A stretch of DNA of 64,000 nt from Octopus vulgaris (taxonomy: Eukaryota), in contig OX597828.1 of the NCBI GenBank assembly GCA_951406725.2, forward strand, positions 8,618,001 to 8,682,000, written 5' to 3'. Within the stretch, counting starts at the first letter, position 1; each line of letters opens with the position of its first letter. Below, in pieces: positions 1-12,560 of this stretch. The notes under the pieces are model-generated. The model did no database searches. It was not told the DNA's origin and saw only the letters and a program-made list of their open reading frames with translations. Position numbers and translations under genes: made by a program.

Positions 1-404
1 TTGTCTCTAGATTATCAAAAATAATGTTTTAATTAATGCCATCAAAATTTACAATTCTAATTTTATATCATCATATTAATATTACTTCAGCTGCTAAAGC
101 TGTTGTATTTGTGTTTATATTATTTTTATTGTTGTTATGCGTCCTTATCCTGCACGTCAATCGTTTACAATATTTTTTGTGTATGCTGCTGTACGTAATG
201 TGTGTGTGTTTAGATTATACATACAAAATACGCACTATACACAAAAGCTCATGTCTATATACATATGTGTATGCGTGCGTGAGTATGTGTGTGTGTGTAT
301 GTATGTCTGTATGTGTGTGTATTTGTGTGTGTCTGTGTTTGTATAAATATATGCATAACTCTGTCTACACACACTCACATATATATATACATATACACAC
401 ATAT

Positions 405-524
<120 letters not shown>

Positions 525-795
525 GTGTAAATGTGTTTGTGAATCTATCTCCATCTTGTGGCGCTTATAATCTTGGCAATTTTTTTTTCTAATTTAATTT
601 CTTTCTGTCTAGTTTAAACCATAAAAATTATAAAGTTATGTCTTGTTTGTTTCGTCCATACATATTTTCTAAATATTATATTTCTTTATATCATACACAT
701 CGTTAACAGATATACACGTATGAGTCTAATGCATACAGATAGCCCATCACAAATATACACTTGATTCTCCAACATAGCTGAAACTTTTATATATG

Positions 796-860
796 ATACA
801 CTGCTTCGTCACACGAATATACACTGCTTCGTCACACGATTATACACTTCTTTCGCTACA
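796..860. repeat. 23-bp tandem repeat, about 2.7 copies
   Basis: atacactgcttcgtcacacgaat at 796-818, near-identical copy at 819-841, degenerate third copy from 842. Confidence 0.85.
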
Positions 861-1149
861 TGTGTTAAAAAGTGCTATGATTTTTCCTCCCCACGAATAT
901 TCATTTAAGATAATTTATTATCAGAAAACAAAGAACCAACAACATCCATACGTATATTGTACAATAAATATTGCCAAATGGAAATGTGAGTGGTAGTAAT
1001 ATTTTAAAAGAGAAACTGAAAAAATGATAATGATTATGATTTTGACGATGACGACGACGACGAATACCACAACGACAACGACGACGGGGCCACAACGTCC
1101 ACGACAACGGCAACTTTGAAAATGACAACATATTTACGTCTATGATAAC

Positions 1150-1610
1150 AACCATAATCACACTGAAGCTCGTTGTCAGTAAACATTAAACACAGGAACG
1201 AAAACAATTCAAGGTTTCTATCAGGAACAAAAGTATACAGCTGTCATTATAAAGGATAAATGAAAGGTTAGCGACAAAATTTATAGAGCGCAACAGAGAA
1301 GAGGGGGAAGTGTCATAAACATTTGAAGAAAAGAAGTTTCGTTAGACATTGAGATATGTAGAACGAAGGACAACGCAGTTTAGAGAAATAAATTTAGCAA
1401 CAACGTAATAGGGCCTTAGAGGAGATTCTAAAAACAAAGATAGATCAGTTGCTATCTTCTGAGACTTAGGTAATGAATCATTAAATGGTGAGCAGACAAG
1501 AATCACAGGTTTTTTACTAGAATCTTTAAGCTTTCCGACAAAACAAAGCGCATGCTACTTCAAGCACTACTGCACTCACAGGTTCATAAATCCTGCTAAA
1601 TATAGTGTAT
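1150..1610 (+). pseudogene. Possible very degraded C-terminus of an R4/Dong-type (RLE) non-LTR retrotransposon
   Basis: About 1568-1595 reads TALTGS*IL, reminiscent of the QKxALLGTxxIL end of RLE elements; otherwise weak. Confidence 0.25.
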
Positions 1611-1913
1611 ATGTCTCTCCATTTGCTCTTTTAATGGAAGAAAGTAACTCCATTCGAATATTTTGCCTACAAACGCAGAAGTACGTCAGTTTCCATGTCT
1701 TTCGATCCTGGTAGAGACTCCCGTGCAAAAAGCCTATTAATTACGAGTTTACTTCAATTAATTATTTTCATTGAATTGGCTGAAGTGATTCAATACATGT
1801 GAGGTACAACGTATCTGAGAAATAGAATATAGCGTTTTTTTTTAGCTTCATTATTTTTAAATCACATCTGAAAATATTGACATAATAAATGAATTATGTA
1901 TTTTTTATTATTA

Positions 1914-2704
1914 TTAGGTTGTCAAGAAAGTTCTTGCTGTTTTTAACATTTAAATTCAGATGCACATATCTCCGCTAAAACAAAAGTCTATTAATTGAAA
2001 TAAACACCATCAGAATCAACGCACTTTTGCCAACGCGAAACAAGTTTCTTTATGCTAGTTTATGGTGGCGATGAAGTCTTTGAAGCCGTGTTTAGCATCG
2101 TCTTGGTTTTTGAAGCATTTCTCATGCTGGAAGTTGTCAAGATGCTCGAAAAAGTGGTAGTCAGTAGGCGAGAGGTCTGGTGAGTACGGCGCATGAGGCA
2201 GAGTTTCATAGCTCAATTCATTTAACTTCTGGAGGGTCAGTTGCGCGACGTGCGGCCGAGATTTGTCGTGGAGGAGAATTGGTCCTTTTCTACTGACTAA
2301 TGCTGACTGTTGTTGTCGTTGTTTCTTATACATTTTATCCATTTGCTGACAGTATTTCTCCTCCATAATGATTTCGTCTGGATCCACAAAGCTGTAATGG
2401 ATAAGACCGGCCGCATACCAGCAAACAGGTCACCATGACTTTCTTTTGGCGCAACTTTGGCTTTGGGAAGTGCCGTGGAGCTTCGTCGGCGTCCAACCAT
2501 TGAGATGAGCGTCGTCGGTTGTTGTAAAGAATTCAATTTTCATCGCAAGTCACAATCTGGTCGAGTAACGGATCGTTCTTGTTGCGTAAAAGAAGGAAAG
2601 ACGACACTTCAAAACGACGTTTTTTATTTTTGGTTATTCAATTCGTGCGGCACTCATTTCTCAATTATTTTTTAAATTCCGCAAGAACTTTCTTGACAAA
2701 CTAA
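1914..2704 (-). mobile_element. Internally deleted mariner (Hsmar1/cecropia-like) DNA transposon
   Basis: TIRs ttaggttgtcaagaaagttcttgc (1914-1937) and gcaagaactttcttgacaaactaa (2681-2704), one mismatch; TA duplications at 1912-1913 and 2705-2706; transposase motifs inside. Confidence 0.95.
2055..2660 (-). pseudogene. Mariner transposase pseudogene, catalytic domain only, with frameshifts and stops
   Basis: Minus strand reads *VPHEL...IVTCDE...HFPKPKLRQKKVMVT...KGPILLHDKSRPH...YSPDLSPTDYHFF; the N-terminal HTH region is deleted. Confidence 0.93.
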
Positions 2705-2706
2705 TA

Positions 2707-2836
2707 CTTTACTTTTCATTCTTTCGGGATCGATTGAATAAGTACCACTGTGGTTGATGTAATCGACTTAATTCCTTCGTCCGTCATTGTTTGTCCCCTC
2801 TATATTTAGCACCATGTGGGCAATAAAGAAATAAAA
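2707..2836 (+). mobile_element. SINE family A, 3' half
   Basis: Matches other A copies (cattctttcgggatcgat...tttgtcccctctatatttagc...gtgggcaataaagaaata). Confidence 0.85.
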
Positions 2837-2844
2837 AATTATAA

Positions 2845-2983
<139 letters not shown>

Positions 2984-3190
2984 TAAGGCAGCGAGTCTTT
3001 CGAGTCGTTAGCAGATCGGACATTTGGCTTAGAATTTCGTCCATCTTTACGCTCTGTGTTCAAATTCCCATGAAGTCGAATTACCCTTCTATTCATCGGG
3101 CTCGATAAAAATCAGTATCAGTTCATGGGTTGTCATTATCGACTTACACCTCCCACAAAATTTTTGGCCATGTAGCAAAATCTGAAAACA
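2984..3190 (+). mobile_element. SINE family A, degenerate, alternative tail
   Basis: aaggcagcgag head, gttcaaattc B-box, aaatttttggccatgt tail. Confidence 0.7.
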
Positions 3191-3331
3191 TAATTATTAT
3201 TTAGTGAGAGAGCTGTACATCCTATCAAATTGACATTGGGATGCAAGGACACAAATCCCAATATACCCATCATATCTACCACGCACATGCATCGCAATCA
3301 TATATGCACAACATGGTGATCTCATTTCTCT

Positions 3332-3722
3332 CTTTACTCTTTTACTTGTTTCAGTCATTTGACTGTGGTCATGCTGGAGCACTGCCTTTTAGTCGAGCAA
3401 ATCGACCCCAGGATTTATTCTTTGTAAGTCTAGTACTTATTCTATCGGTCTCTTTCGCTGAACCGCTAAATTACGAGGACGTAAACACACCAGCATCGGT
3501 TGTCAAGCGATGTTGGGGAGACAAACACAGACACACAAACATAAACACACACACACACATATACGTATATATACGTTTACGTCTACCAAATCAACTCACA
3601 AGGCGTTGGTCGGCCCGAGGCTATAGTAGGAGACACTTTCCCAAGGTGGCTCGCAGTGGGACTGAACCCGAAACCATCAGGTTGGTAAGCAAGCTATTTA
3701 CCACACAGCCACTCTTACGCCT
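3332..3722 (-). mobile_element. SINE family B (tRNA head, CORE-like segment, internal microsatellite, LINE-derived tail)
   Basis: Minus strand: tggctgtgtggtaa A-box, ggttcagtccc B-box, ccttgggaaagtgtc, tail gctccagcatga...tgactgaaacaagtaaaagag; about 9 other copies in the window. Confidence 0.92.
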
Positions 3723-3729
3723 GTCACGA

Positions 3730-4100
3730 TAAACAGCACATGACCTGACATATGGGACCGGGCAGGAATCTCCTTCACGTTGTGTAGACCATCCTAATTA
3801 CATGGTTCCTGAATAATAGTTCGTTAAGGATGATGACCAAAACACCTATGTTTCCAGGGATGAATTATTCAGACCTCACATAAACCCTCTCAGTACATAG
3901 TGCTCTCCCACAACTCCTGCTCATGATCAGAGATGCACATAACGTCCGCCACTAAGGGATATGCTCAACTGGTTAAGGTCAAGGAACTGTTAAGCAAATC
4001 TGTCGTATTGGGCAGAATATTTGCTGTAGCCCATCTTTTGCACGAAGACAAGACATAAGCTTTCCAATCAGCTAAGATCAGAAACTACGAGAGCCACTAT
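3730..4100. repeat. Probable unclassified interspersed repeat
   Basis: Higher-complexity block that resembles, from memory, a recurrent octopus repeat; no second copy in the window. Confidence 0.3.
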
Positions 4101-4739
4101 CTAGTATTTATTAATATTTCTATACGTAACGATTTATTTTTCTTTAATTTCTACGAACTGCACTGAAGACCGAACTAGAGACGTAAAGGGACAATGTGTT
4201 TTTGAATCTGAAGTTGCTAACAGGTGAATTGTCATGCCATTGAAACCATTGAAGATTGAGGAAAGAACAACACACAGGATTGTGAGTATAGTTGCATGTA
4301 GAATATGTCAGTTACCCACAACATTTATTTATTTATTTATTTTCTATTTATATTGAGAATTCATAAATTAGAGCAGCTGCATAAAAAAAAAACATGAGAA
4401 AATGCCATGAGGATGATGATGATGATTTTGAAGGTGATGATGACGATGATGATGATGAGAAGAAGATGGAGGATGAAGGATTTTAAATTTTGAAGAAGAG
4501 AGAAAGAAAAACTACAACAAGAGAATACGCAAGAAGAAAGCGAAGAAAAGAACAAATGAACATACCAACGGATCAAGAGGGTTACTGAAGGGAATGATAT
4601 GAGGAAAATAGAAGACATGAATTGATAAAGATTATATTAAATGATTTCAAGAAACTCTATCAAATAGAAATATTGGAGAAAGATCAGAAGAAATAGAAAG
4701 AGCGACATGTAGAATAAGATATCATATCTGATACGGAGG

Positions 4740-5315
4740 ATGATGCTGGTGATGCAGTTTTTAACGCTAACGAAGTTTAGTGCGTTATAATATATTGATG
4801 TCAAAGATGATGGTGATTATGAAGACGATGAGGATAAGCTTATGACGGTGTGTGTACGATGATGGTTGCTAAGGTGTTCATATCTATCTTATCTATGAAA
4901 TTTCGGATGATGGTGATGACGGCGACGACAACGGCAATGATGATGATGAGGAAGGTCATGATGTTGATGGTATTAGTAATATTGAACATAATAATGATGA
5001 TGATGAGGATGATTATAAAGGTGACGACGACGATGACGACAGCGATGAAGATGACGGCAAGGACGATAATGATACACACGATTTTGATAATAATTATGAG
5101 GAATATAGTGATGATGACGATGGTGATCATGAAGATGACGATGGTGATGTTGATGATGGTGGTCGTGGTGATGATGATGATGATGATGGTGGTGGTGAGG
5201 ATGATGATGATGGTGGTCGTGGCGATGATGATGACGATGGTGTTGGTGATGATGATGATGATGATGGTGTTGGTGATAATGATGATGATGATGATATTGG
5301 TGATGATGATGTTGG

Positions 5316-5373
<58 letters not shown>

Positions 5374-5532
5374 CGTGATGATGGTGTTGTTGGTGGTGGG
5401 GATGATGATGATCATGATAATGACGACGACGATGCTGACGATGATGATGATGATCGTGATGATGGTGGCAATGATGATGATGATTATGATCTTCCTGAAA
5501 ATGATGCTGGCGACGAAGACGATGATGATGAC
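4740..5532. repeat. Degenerate (GAT/GGT/GAC)n trinucleotide field
   Basis: Directly visible; produces the poly-Met and poly-Ile ORFs. Confidence 0.95.
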
Positions 5533-6259
5533 AAATATTTTTTTGTCAGCTCTCTCATTATCAAATTTCTAAGTTCGGTTGATTGTGAAAAAAAAAGACG
5601 TAAATAAAAGAAAAATGTTATGTTTCATGGTTACCTTAATATGTTGTTTGAAAGCCCATAATTATACAGAAACCTTCTTGCTTCCTTCATTCTTTCTCTT
5701 TTGACATATTTATGTATTTACTATTTAGCTATTTGTTTGCCACTCACTTTTGCTAATCAACACGCGTTTTCATCTCTTTTTCTAATTATGTGTAAAACTT
5801 AACACTATGATTATGTTTCCCTCATTCGGATACGAAAACACTTGCGTTTGAATACTTGCATCACTATGAAGCTGTTTATTTTAGTGTTTAGTTTGAGATA
5901 TAAATGTAACGAAGAAGGGCTCTCCCCTACTCATCCCTTTTACTCTGCCATTTCTGTCTTTCATGACTATTTTTTTCTCTCATTATTTTCTTCACATGAT
6001 TTACCGCTATCTCTGGTCATTGTAGAAATGTATTCACACATAAAATTCCACACGCAATGACGATGCAAAGTAAGTACTGAGGACATCATAGAATGCCAAA
6101 GCTGTAATTTCCAGTGTTAGAACTAGCTGCCAAATCTCACTCCACTCCTGCTTATTAGAATAAGCAAGACGTATTGGTTAATGTGTTACTGGATATACTA
6201 TGCTTGGATACGACGATATAATCCGGAGTTGAACATTCACATATCTTCATCTTACTTCT

Positions 6260-7013
6260 TACTTCTTTATTGCCTACAAGGGGCTAAACATAGAGGGGAC
6301 AAACAAGGACAGACAAAGGGACTAAGTCGACTATATCGACCCCAGTGCGTAACTGGTACTTAATTTATCGACCCTGAAAGGATGAAAGGAAAAGTCAACC
6401 TCGGCGGGATTTGAACTCAGAACATAACGGCAGACGAAATACCTATTTCTTAACTACCCACAAGGGGCTAAACACTGAAAGGACAAACAAGGACAGACAA
6501 ACGGATTATGTCGATTACATCGACCCCAGTGCGTAACTGGTACTTATTTAATCGACCCCCGAAAGGATGAAAGATAAAGTCGACCTCGGCGGAATTTGAA
6601 CTCAGAACGTAACGGCAGCCGGAATACCTAGTTCTTTATTACCCACAAGGGGCTAAACACAGGGAGGACAAAGAATGACAGACAGATGGATTATGTCGAT
6701 TACATCGACCCCAGTGCGTGACTGGTACTTATTTAATCGACCTCGGAAGGATGAAAGGCCACGTCGACCTCGGCGGAATTTGAACTCAGAACGTAACAGC
6801 AGATGAAATACCTATTTCTTTACAACCCACAAGGGGCTAAATACAGAGAGGACAAACAAGGACAGACAAACGGATTGAGTCGATTATATCGACCCCGAAA
6901 GGATGAAAGGCAAAGTCGACCTCGGTTGAATTTGAACTCGGAACATAAAGGCAAACGAAATACTGCTAAGTATTTCGCCCGGCGTGCTAACGTTTCTGCC
7001 AGCTCGCCGCCTT
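6260..7013 (-). mobile_element. SINE family A head-to-tail tetramer (one head plus three headless units)
   Basis: caaggggctaaa at 6277, 6461, 6646 and 6830 (period 184-185 bp); single head at about 6960-7013; cttacttct on both flanks. Confidence 0.93.
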
Positions 7014-7491
7014 CTTACTTCTAATTGCTAAGGACCTAATCGAGTTTAGACAACGAAAACGACCTGTCCTGTTAGAAATTCTATACTTAACATCTATATA
7101 CTTGTGATATTATATATAGGAATTATAGAGCTACATGTTGCCTAAATGTGGTAGATCCAAAAACACTTCAGATAAGCATCATTGTTTCAATACCTCGCAT
7201 TCTACGATCTGGAATAGTTGCACTTCCAATCATCTCTTGTAATACAATAGTCATTATAAAATTGTTATAAAATTAGTACTACTAACGTTTCATAATCTAT
7301 TTATGGATTGTAAACAGCTGTATTGAGAGATTTGTAGTCGAGCCAGAACCAGTGGTAATGTCCAACGTTCTTCGTCCTCAACTACTTCCTTACTCAATGC
7401 TGTCGGGGGAAGTGTCAGCCCCCATAAATGTGAGTAGCTGTCCTAGCGCGTCACCCACCCTATACTCGGGGGCAAAGCTTTACCTAAGTTC

Positions 7492-7560
7492 TATGTATGT
7501 ATGTATGTATGTATGTATGTATGTATGTATGTATGTATGTATGTATGTATGTATGTATGT
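7492..7560. repeat. (TATG)n microsatellite
   Basis: Direct. Confidence 0.97.
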
Positions 7561-7749
7561 TTGTGTGTATGTATGTATATATATATGTATATATATGTAT
7601 GTACGTATGTGTGAATGTATGTATATATCGTTTATCTCTTACCATTTATGTGTTTCAGTCATTTGACTGTAGGCATGCCGAGGCTCCATCTTCAAATATT
7701 TTACTCGAATAAATCAACCTTACGATTTAGATCTTAAAGCACGGATACA

Positions 7750-8112
<363 letters not shown>

Positions 8113-8114
8113 TA

Positions 8115-9480
8115 ATGGGGGAGTGGCTGTATGACTTCCTTAAAGGCAGAAGTCAGGTAGTTGCAGCCAATGGTGCACTTTCTGAGGAAACTCAAATCCT
8201 ATGTGCCGTCCCGTAGATAACTGTTCTGGAGCATTTACTGCTGATAATAGCCCTCTTAGATATCTCCATGAGCACTCGGACAGACACTGTCACTTGCTAT
8301 GCCCATGATAAAAAAAAATCTAAGTTGACTTTGCAAGCTTACAGTGGGACCTGAATTCGATATACAAGTGTGCCGAAAGAAACATCATGCAATTTAATGC
8401 GGGAAAATTTCAAGCACTCACAAATGTACTACAGTCTACATATACATGACCCGAAGGCACTAAAATCCCAGATACCCAGGCAGTGAAAAACTTGGGGATT
8501 AGTATGTGCAATGGCATATCAATTTTTGTGCACATTACCAAGATGGTAGCGAAGTGCAGAAAATTGACAGGATGTATACTGAAGTCCTTCAAGTCAAGAG
8601 ATCAAGAATCAATGTTGGTCCTGTGGAGAACCTTTGTTCTCAGTCGCCTGGACTACTGCTCTCAGTTATGGTCAACATATAGTGCCAAATTAACAGTGGA
8701 GCTTGATGCAGTCCAACGGCGCTACACTGAAAAGATTAAAATAGTGCAGCGGATGAGCTACAGGGATAGGCTGAAAAACCTGCAACTTAGATACCTAGAG
8801 CAGAGGCGTGAGCGATATGCAATAATTTACATATCTCTCATGTCTAGCTGTATTTCGTCTACTGTTACTCTCTGAGTTCAAATTCTGCCGAGGTGGACTT
8901 TGCCTTTCATCCTTTCGTGGTCAATTAAATAGATGCCAGTTAATCACTGGAGTCGATATAATCGAACTAATCCCCTTGTCTGTCCTTGTTTGTTCCCTCT
9001 ATGTTAAGCCCCTTGTGGGCAATAAAGAAGTAAATAATTTACATATGAAAAATTCTAGAAGGGCTAGCACCAGATTTAGGCATTGAGTATTATACAGTTG
9101 CCAGTTATGGCCGCCATCGTATTGTACCTAAGGTACTATCCCTCCCGTCTAAATTCAGGACCAGTTACTGCAATAGTCTAGCTTTCAAAAGCGCATAAAT
9201 TTTCAATGACCTGAAATAAAAATTAAGAAATCTGCAGAAGGAGGAAGGAGATGTCTTCAAAAAGGATATAGACATCCTCTTTACAATACCGAATGAACTA
9301 GCAGCCCGACATGAGGTTCAGCCAAGGGCAGCAGAATCAAAGGGACCAACCAAATGGGCCAACAGTTGGGCAAGGGCACATACAGAAATGATGATATGAA
9401 ACACCCCAGACTGAGGAAATCAAAAAGAGTACGGTGGTACTCCAGCATGACTTAAACTAGTAAAAAATAAAAGAATAAAA
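8115..9480 (+). mobile_element. 5'-truncated CR1/L2-group LINE: RT core to ORF2 C-terminus plus 3' tail, pseudogenised and interrupted by a SINE
   Basis: [17 protein letters not shown]...AVP*ITVLEHLLLII...CYAHD (YADD-like, 8298-8309); KNLGI...LDYCSQLWS...VQRRYT...SYRDRL...LEQRRER; after the SINE it resumes I*KILEGL...IFNDL...FKKDID...RAAES. Confidence 0.92.
8835..9032 (+). mobile_element. 5'-truncated SINE A inserted in the LINE, 14-bp TSD
   Basis: aataatttacatat at 8821-8834 and 9033-9046. Confidence 0.93.
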
Positions 9481-11358
9481 TAATGCATATATTGTATATA
9501 CATTCATTTAGGTGTATTATGTCGTTTTGTACACATTTGTACTCAACGAAATCACACACCCAAAAGTGACCAAGCATTACAATAATTACTCCTCTGCAGT
9601 TTTTAAGGAAAATAACTGTCACATAACGCTGGGAGAAAGTCATCTTCCATCATTCCCATCAAACTACACTACTTATACTTAGCATCACAACACCTTCATG
9701 TCTGTCATCTTTTCCTTGAAAATTGCTCCAATGCTTTCCACTGCCGACAAACTATTTCGCTTCTAATTTACTGCTCGTAATTTGTCCCTTTTAAAATTAG
9801 CGTTGATCAAGTCATCAGAATCCCCCGCTGGTTCATTTATTGAAACTGTGAGTCGAAATTTGACACAGAAAGCTTCCATACCTTCTGCGAACTTTCTATC
9901 TGATTTCACGTTGCACACATTCAGGCAATCTATTCCTAAATAACCTTTTCAACTATAATACTTTCAGTACCATGCTTACATACATACCCCGAGGGAATAT
10001 GGTCTAGTCGCTAGAAACAAAATTCGTATCGATTCAAATGATATTCATCCCAGTGAACTTAACCATTGTGGGACGGGACTTGATTATTTTTTCATTAGAA
10101 ATTTGAAAAGTTTTATGATCGCGTTTGGCGCTCTCTCTAGTGATATATTTTAATATTTGGAATATAGGGCATATATACTCTGCGGAGAGTATCTGAGTGT
10201 GACACGCATCACTCAACTATACTCATTTCCAGCCCCTGAAATGCGTTGGAGAGATTAGGTTACAACAACAGTCTACAGTGTATCAAATCTTTCCTAATAA
10301 ATAACAAATTGTACCGCTCTTTGCTGCCAGATCTCCTAGCGATGCACTCCCTATTCTTATTCACCAGTGAGCTCTTGTGCATAAAAACTTAATGTGTTGT
10401 TATCTTACATACGAGCAGATTTAAAACTCATGAACCTAAATCTCTTCGAGAAAGACCAATGAATTTTATCAATCACTCGTCTTTTACACTAATTGGCTTC
10501 CACTGCAATTGCTCTCAACGCAATATACGTTCACCCAGCACATGCACTGTCAAATCTGCTTTTCTCGAGGGGTAGAAAGTCATACTCACAACCAAGCATT
10601 CAGGCACTTCCAACAATAACAGTAATTCGAGGTTCGTTGATATGTGAGCTTACGAGTAAGATTTTAATTAGATATCCTTTCTCTTTATCTCCTGTTAGTT
10701 TAGCGATCCCACTCAATAGAAAGCACGGCTACAAATGTAATTTATCAATGTGGTTCCAGTGGTGATTTTAGGCTTTGTATTTATTTTATCGATCTGCGGC
10801 AAGACCGATAAGGGGGAGTGACGAAGCTAAACCAATATGCATTTTCAATCGGTAAGAATGCATATTGGTATATCTACCTCATACACATACACGGGGGCAG
10901 GCAGCCTTATACACACTCACAGCTACACACATGTACATCTGATGCGCTACAGCACACACTCACACCTGCACACACATATACATCCCATGCGCTTCAGCGC
11001 ACACTCTGTTATACAAATTCACGCTAGAAACAGAAACCACGGCGCATAAAAAGAGGATTTCTCCTAACACTGTCATGGCTATGTCTATATATTGAGTTTC
11101 TCACATAGATACCATGTCACACACACAATCTCAATTTGCATGTGGATTTCACTGTTTATCATAATCAATTAAATCAGTCCCAATCCATTTGAAGTGTCTT
11201 TATTTTACGGAAAAGATCAAAAAGATTTCAGCGTAGAATTTATAGAGTTATAAACAAATAATGCCTGAAGGTATTTTCTCCAATACACCACCATGTATGT
11301 AAGTCACATCCACAAACCTTCATCATATTCACTGAAGAGCTAGCACACAGACACACAA

Positions 11359-11359
<1 letters not shown>

Positions 11360-11428
<69 letters not shown>

Positions 11429-11447
11429 GAATATATATATATATATT
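11360..11447. repeat. (CA)n(TA)n microsatellite
   Basis: Direct. Confidence 0.97.
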
Positions 11448-11551
11448 TCGCTCTTGGATTTGGTTTGCAAGATTCTTTATATGAGTTCGTGTGTTGAAGC
11501 ATATTCTGTTGTGTCTGGGGAGAGTCATACGTACATGTATGCATGTATAGG

Positions 11552-11583
<32 letters not shown>

Positions 11584-12267
11584 GACCCACACACATGCGC
11601 ACAAACAGACAAAAGGGAACGTAGTGTAAATAACGAACAGAGTCAAGACTATTGAAAAAGTTGCAAGACGCAACGAAAATTTTAGAAAATAAAAGTAAGA
11701 AATAAGTGGAAATTTTACCGGTGAGTGTGTTAAGTAATAAGGCATTAAAAGAGAATGACTCTCCCCAGACACAACAGTAAATATATATTACTTACCCTTA
11801 CACACGCGCATGTATAAGATTACTCGTACAAACCAGTTCATCCGCATGTTTAAATTATCCAGGCGACAAAGCTTCATTCGCTTAACTATTGTACCAAACA
11901 AGAGAATCTGAGAAGCGATGGACTTAATCCTCAGTCGCGAATGATTAACAGCTCTTAATTAACCCCCCCCCCGCTACAACAAGTAGTATAATGTTTATAA
12001 CGGGATAGATAGTTATTCGATATGTCTATTGTCATAGATATATTGCGAAATGATGTTACACACCTTTTTTATTATATGAATCGCATGCAAGTGAGATGCA
12101 GCACATCGGTACAACTTTTCAGACTCATAGGAACTACAGATTTCTCGCTGTCTACATTTACCGAAATAACGTCAGAAAGACTGGACTTCAATCTCCCTTT
12201 TATACATCTCTGTCTATTGAAGCGCATAAACACTTATTTATGAATCTGCATACCCGTTTGAACGTAC

Positions 12268-12560
<293 letters not shown>

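Noticed and set aside
2055-2387. SETMAR-like host gene
   Set aside because: No SET domain; it lies between mariner TIRs and is frameshifted, so it is a dead transposon.
4840-5572. 240-aa poly-Met and 191-aa poly-Ile ORFs
   Set aside because: Degenerate (GAT)n field; the Asp-rich frame is interrupted by stops and has no splice or domain support.
6260-7013. CRISPR-like or satellite array
   Set aside because: Units are whole SINE bodies with no unique spacers; eukaryotic context and no cas genes.
7030-7490. Possible CR1 3'-end remnant and the 104-aa ORF at 7352
   Set aside because: Only a lone IWNS-like word; the ORF runs into (TATG)n and has no recognisable domain.
9560-10760. Possible old LINE remnant or exon in a unique-looking block
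   Set aside because: No interpretable motif found by eye in any frame.
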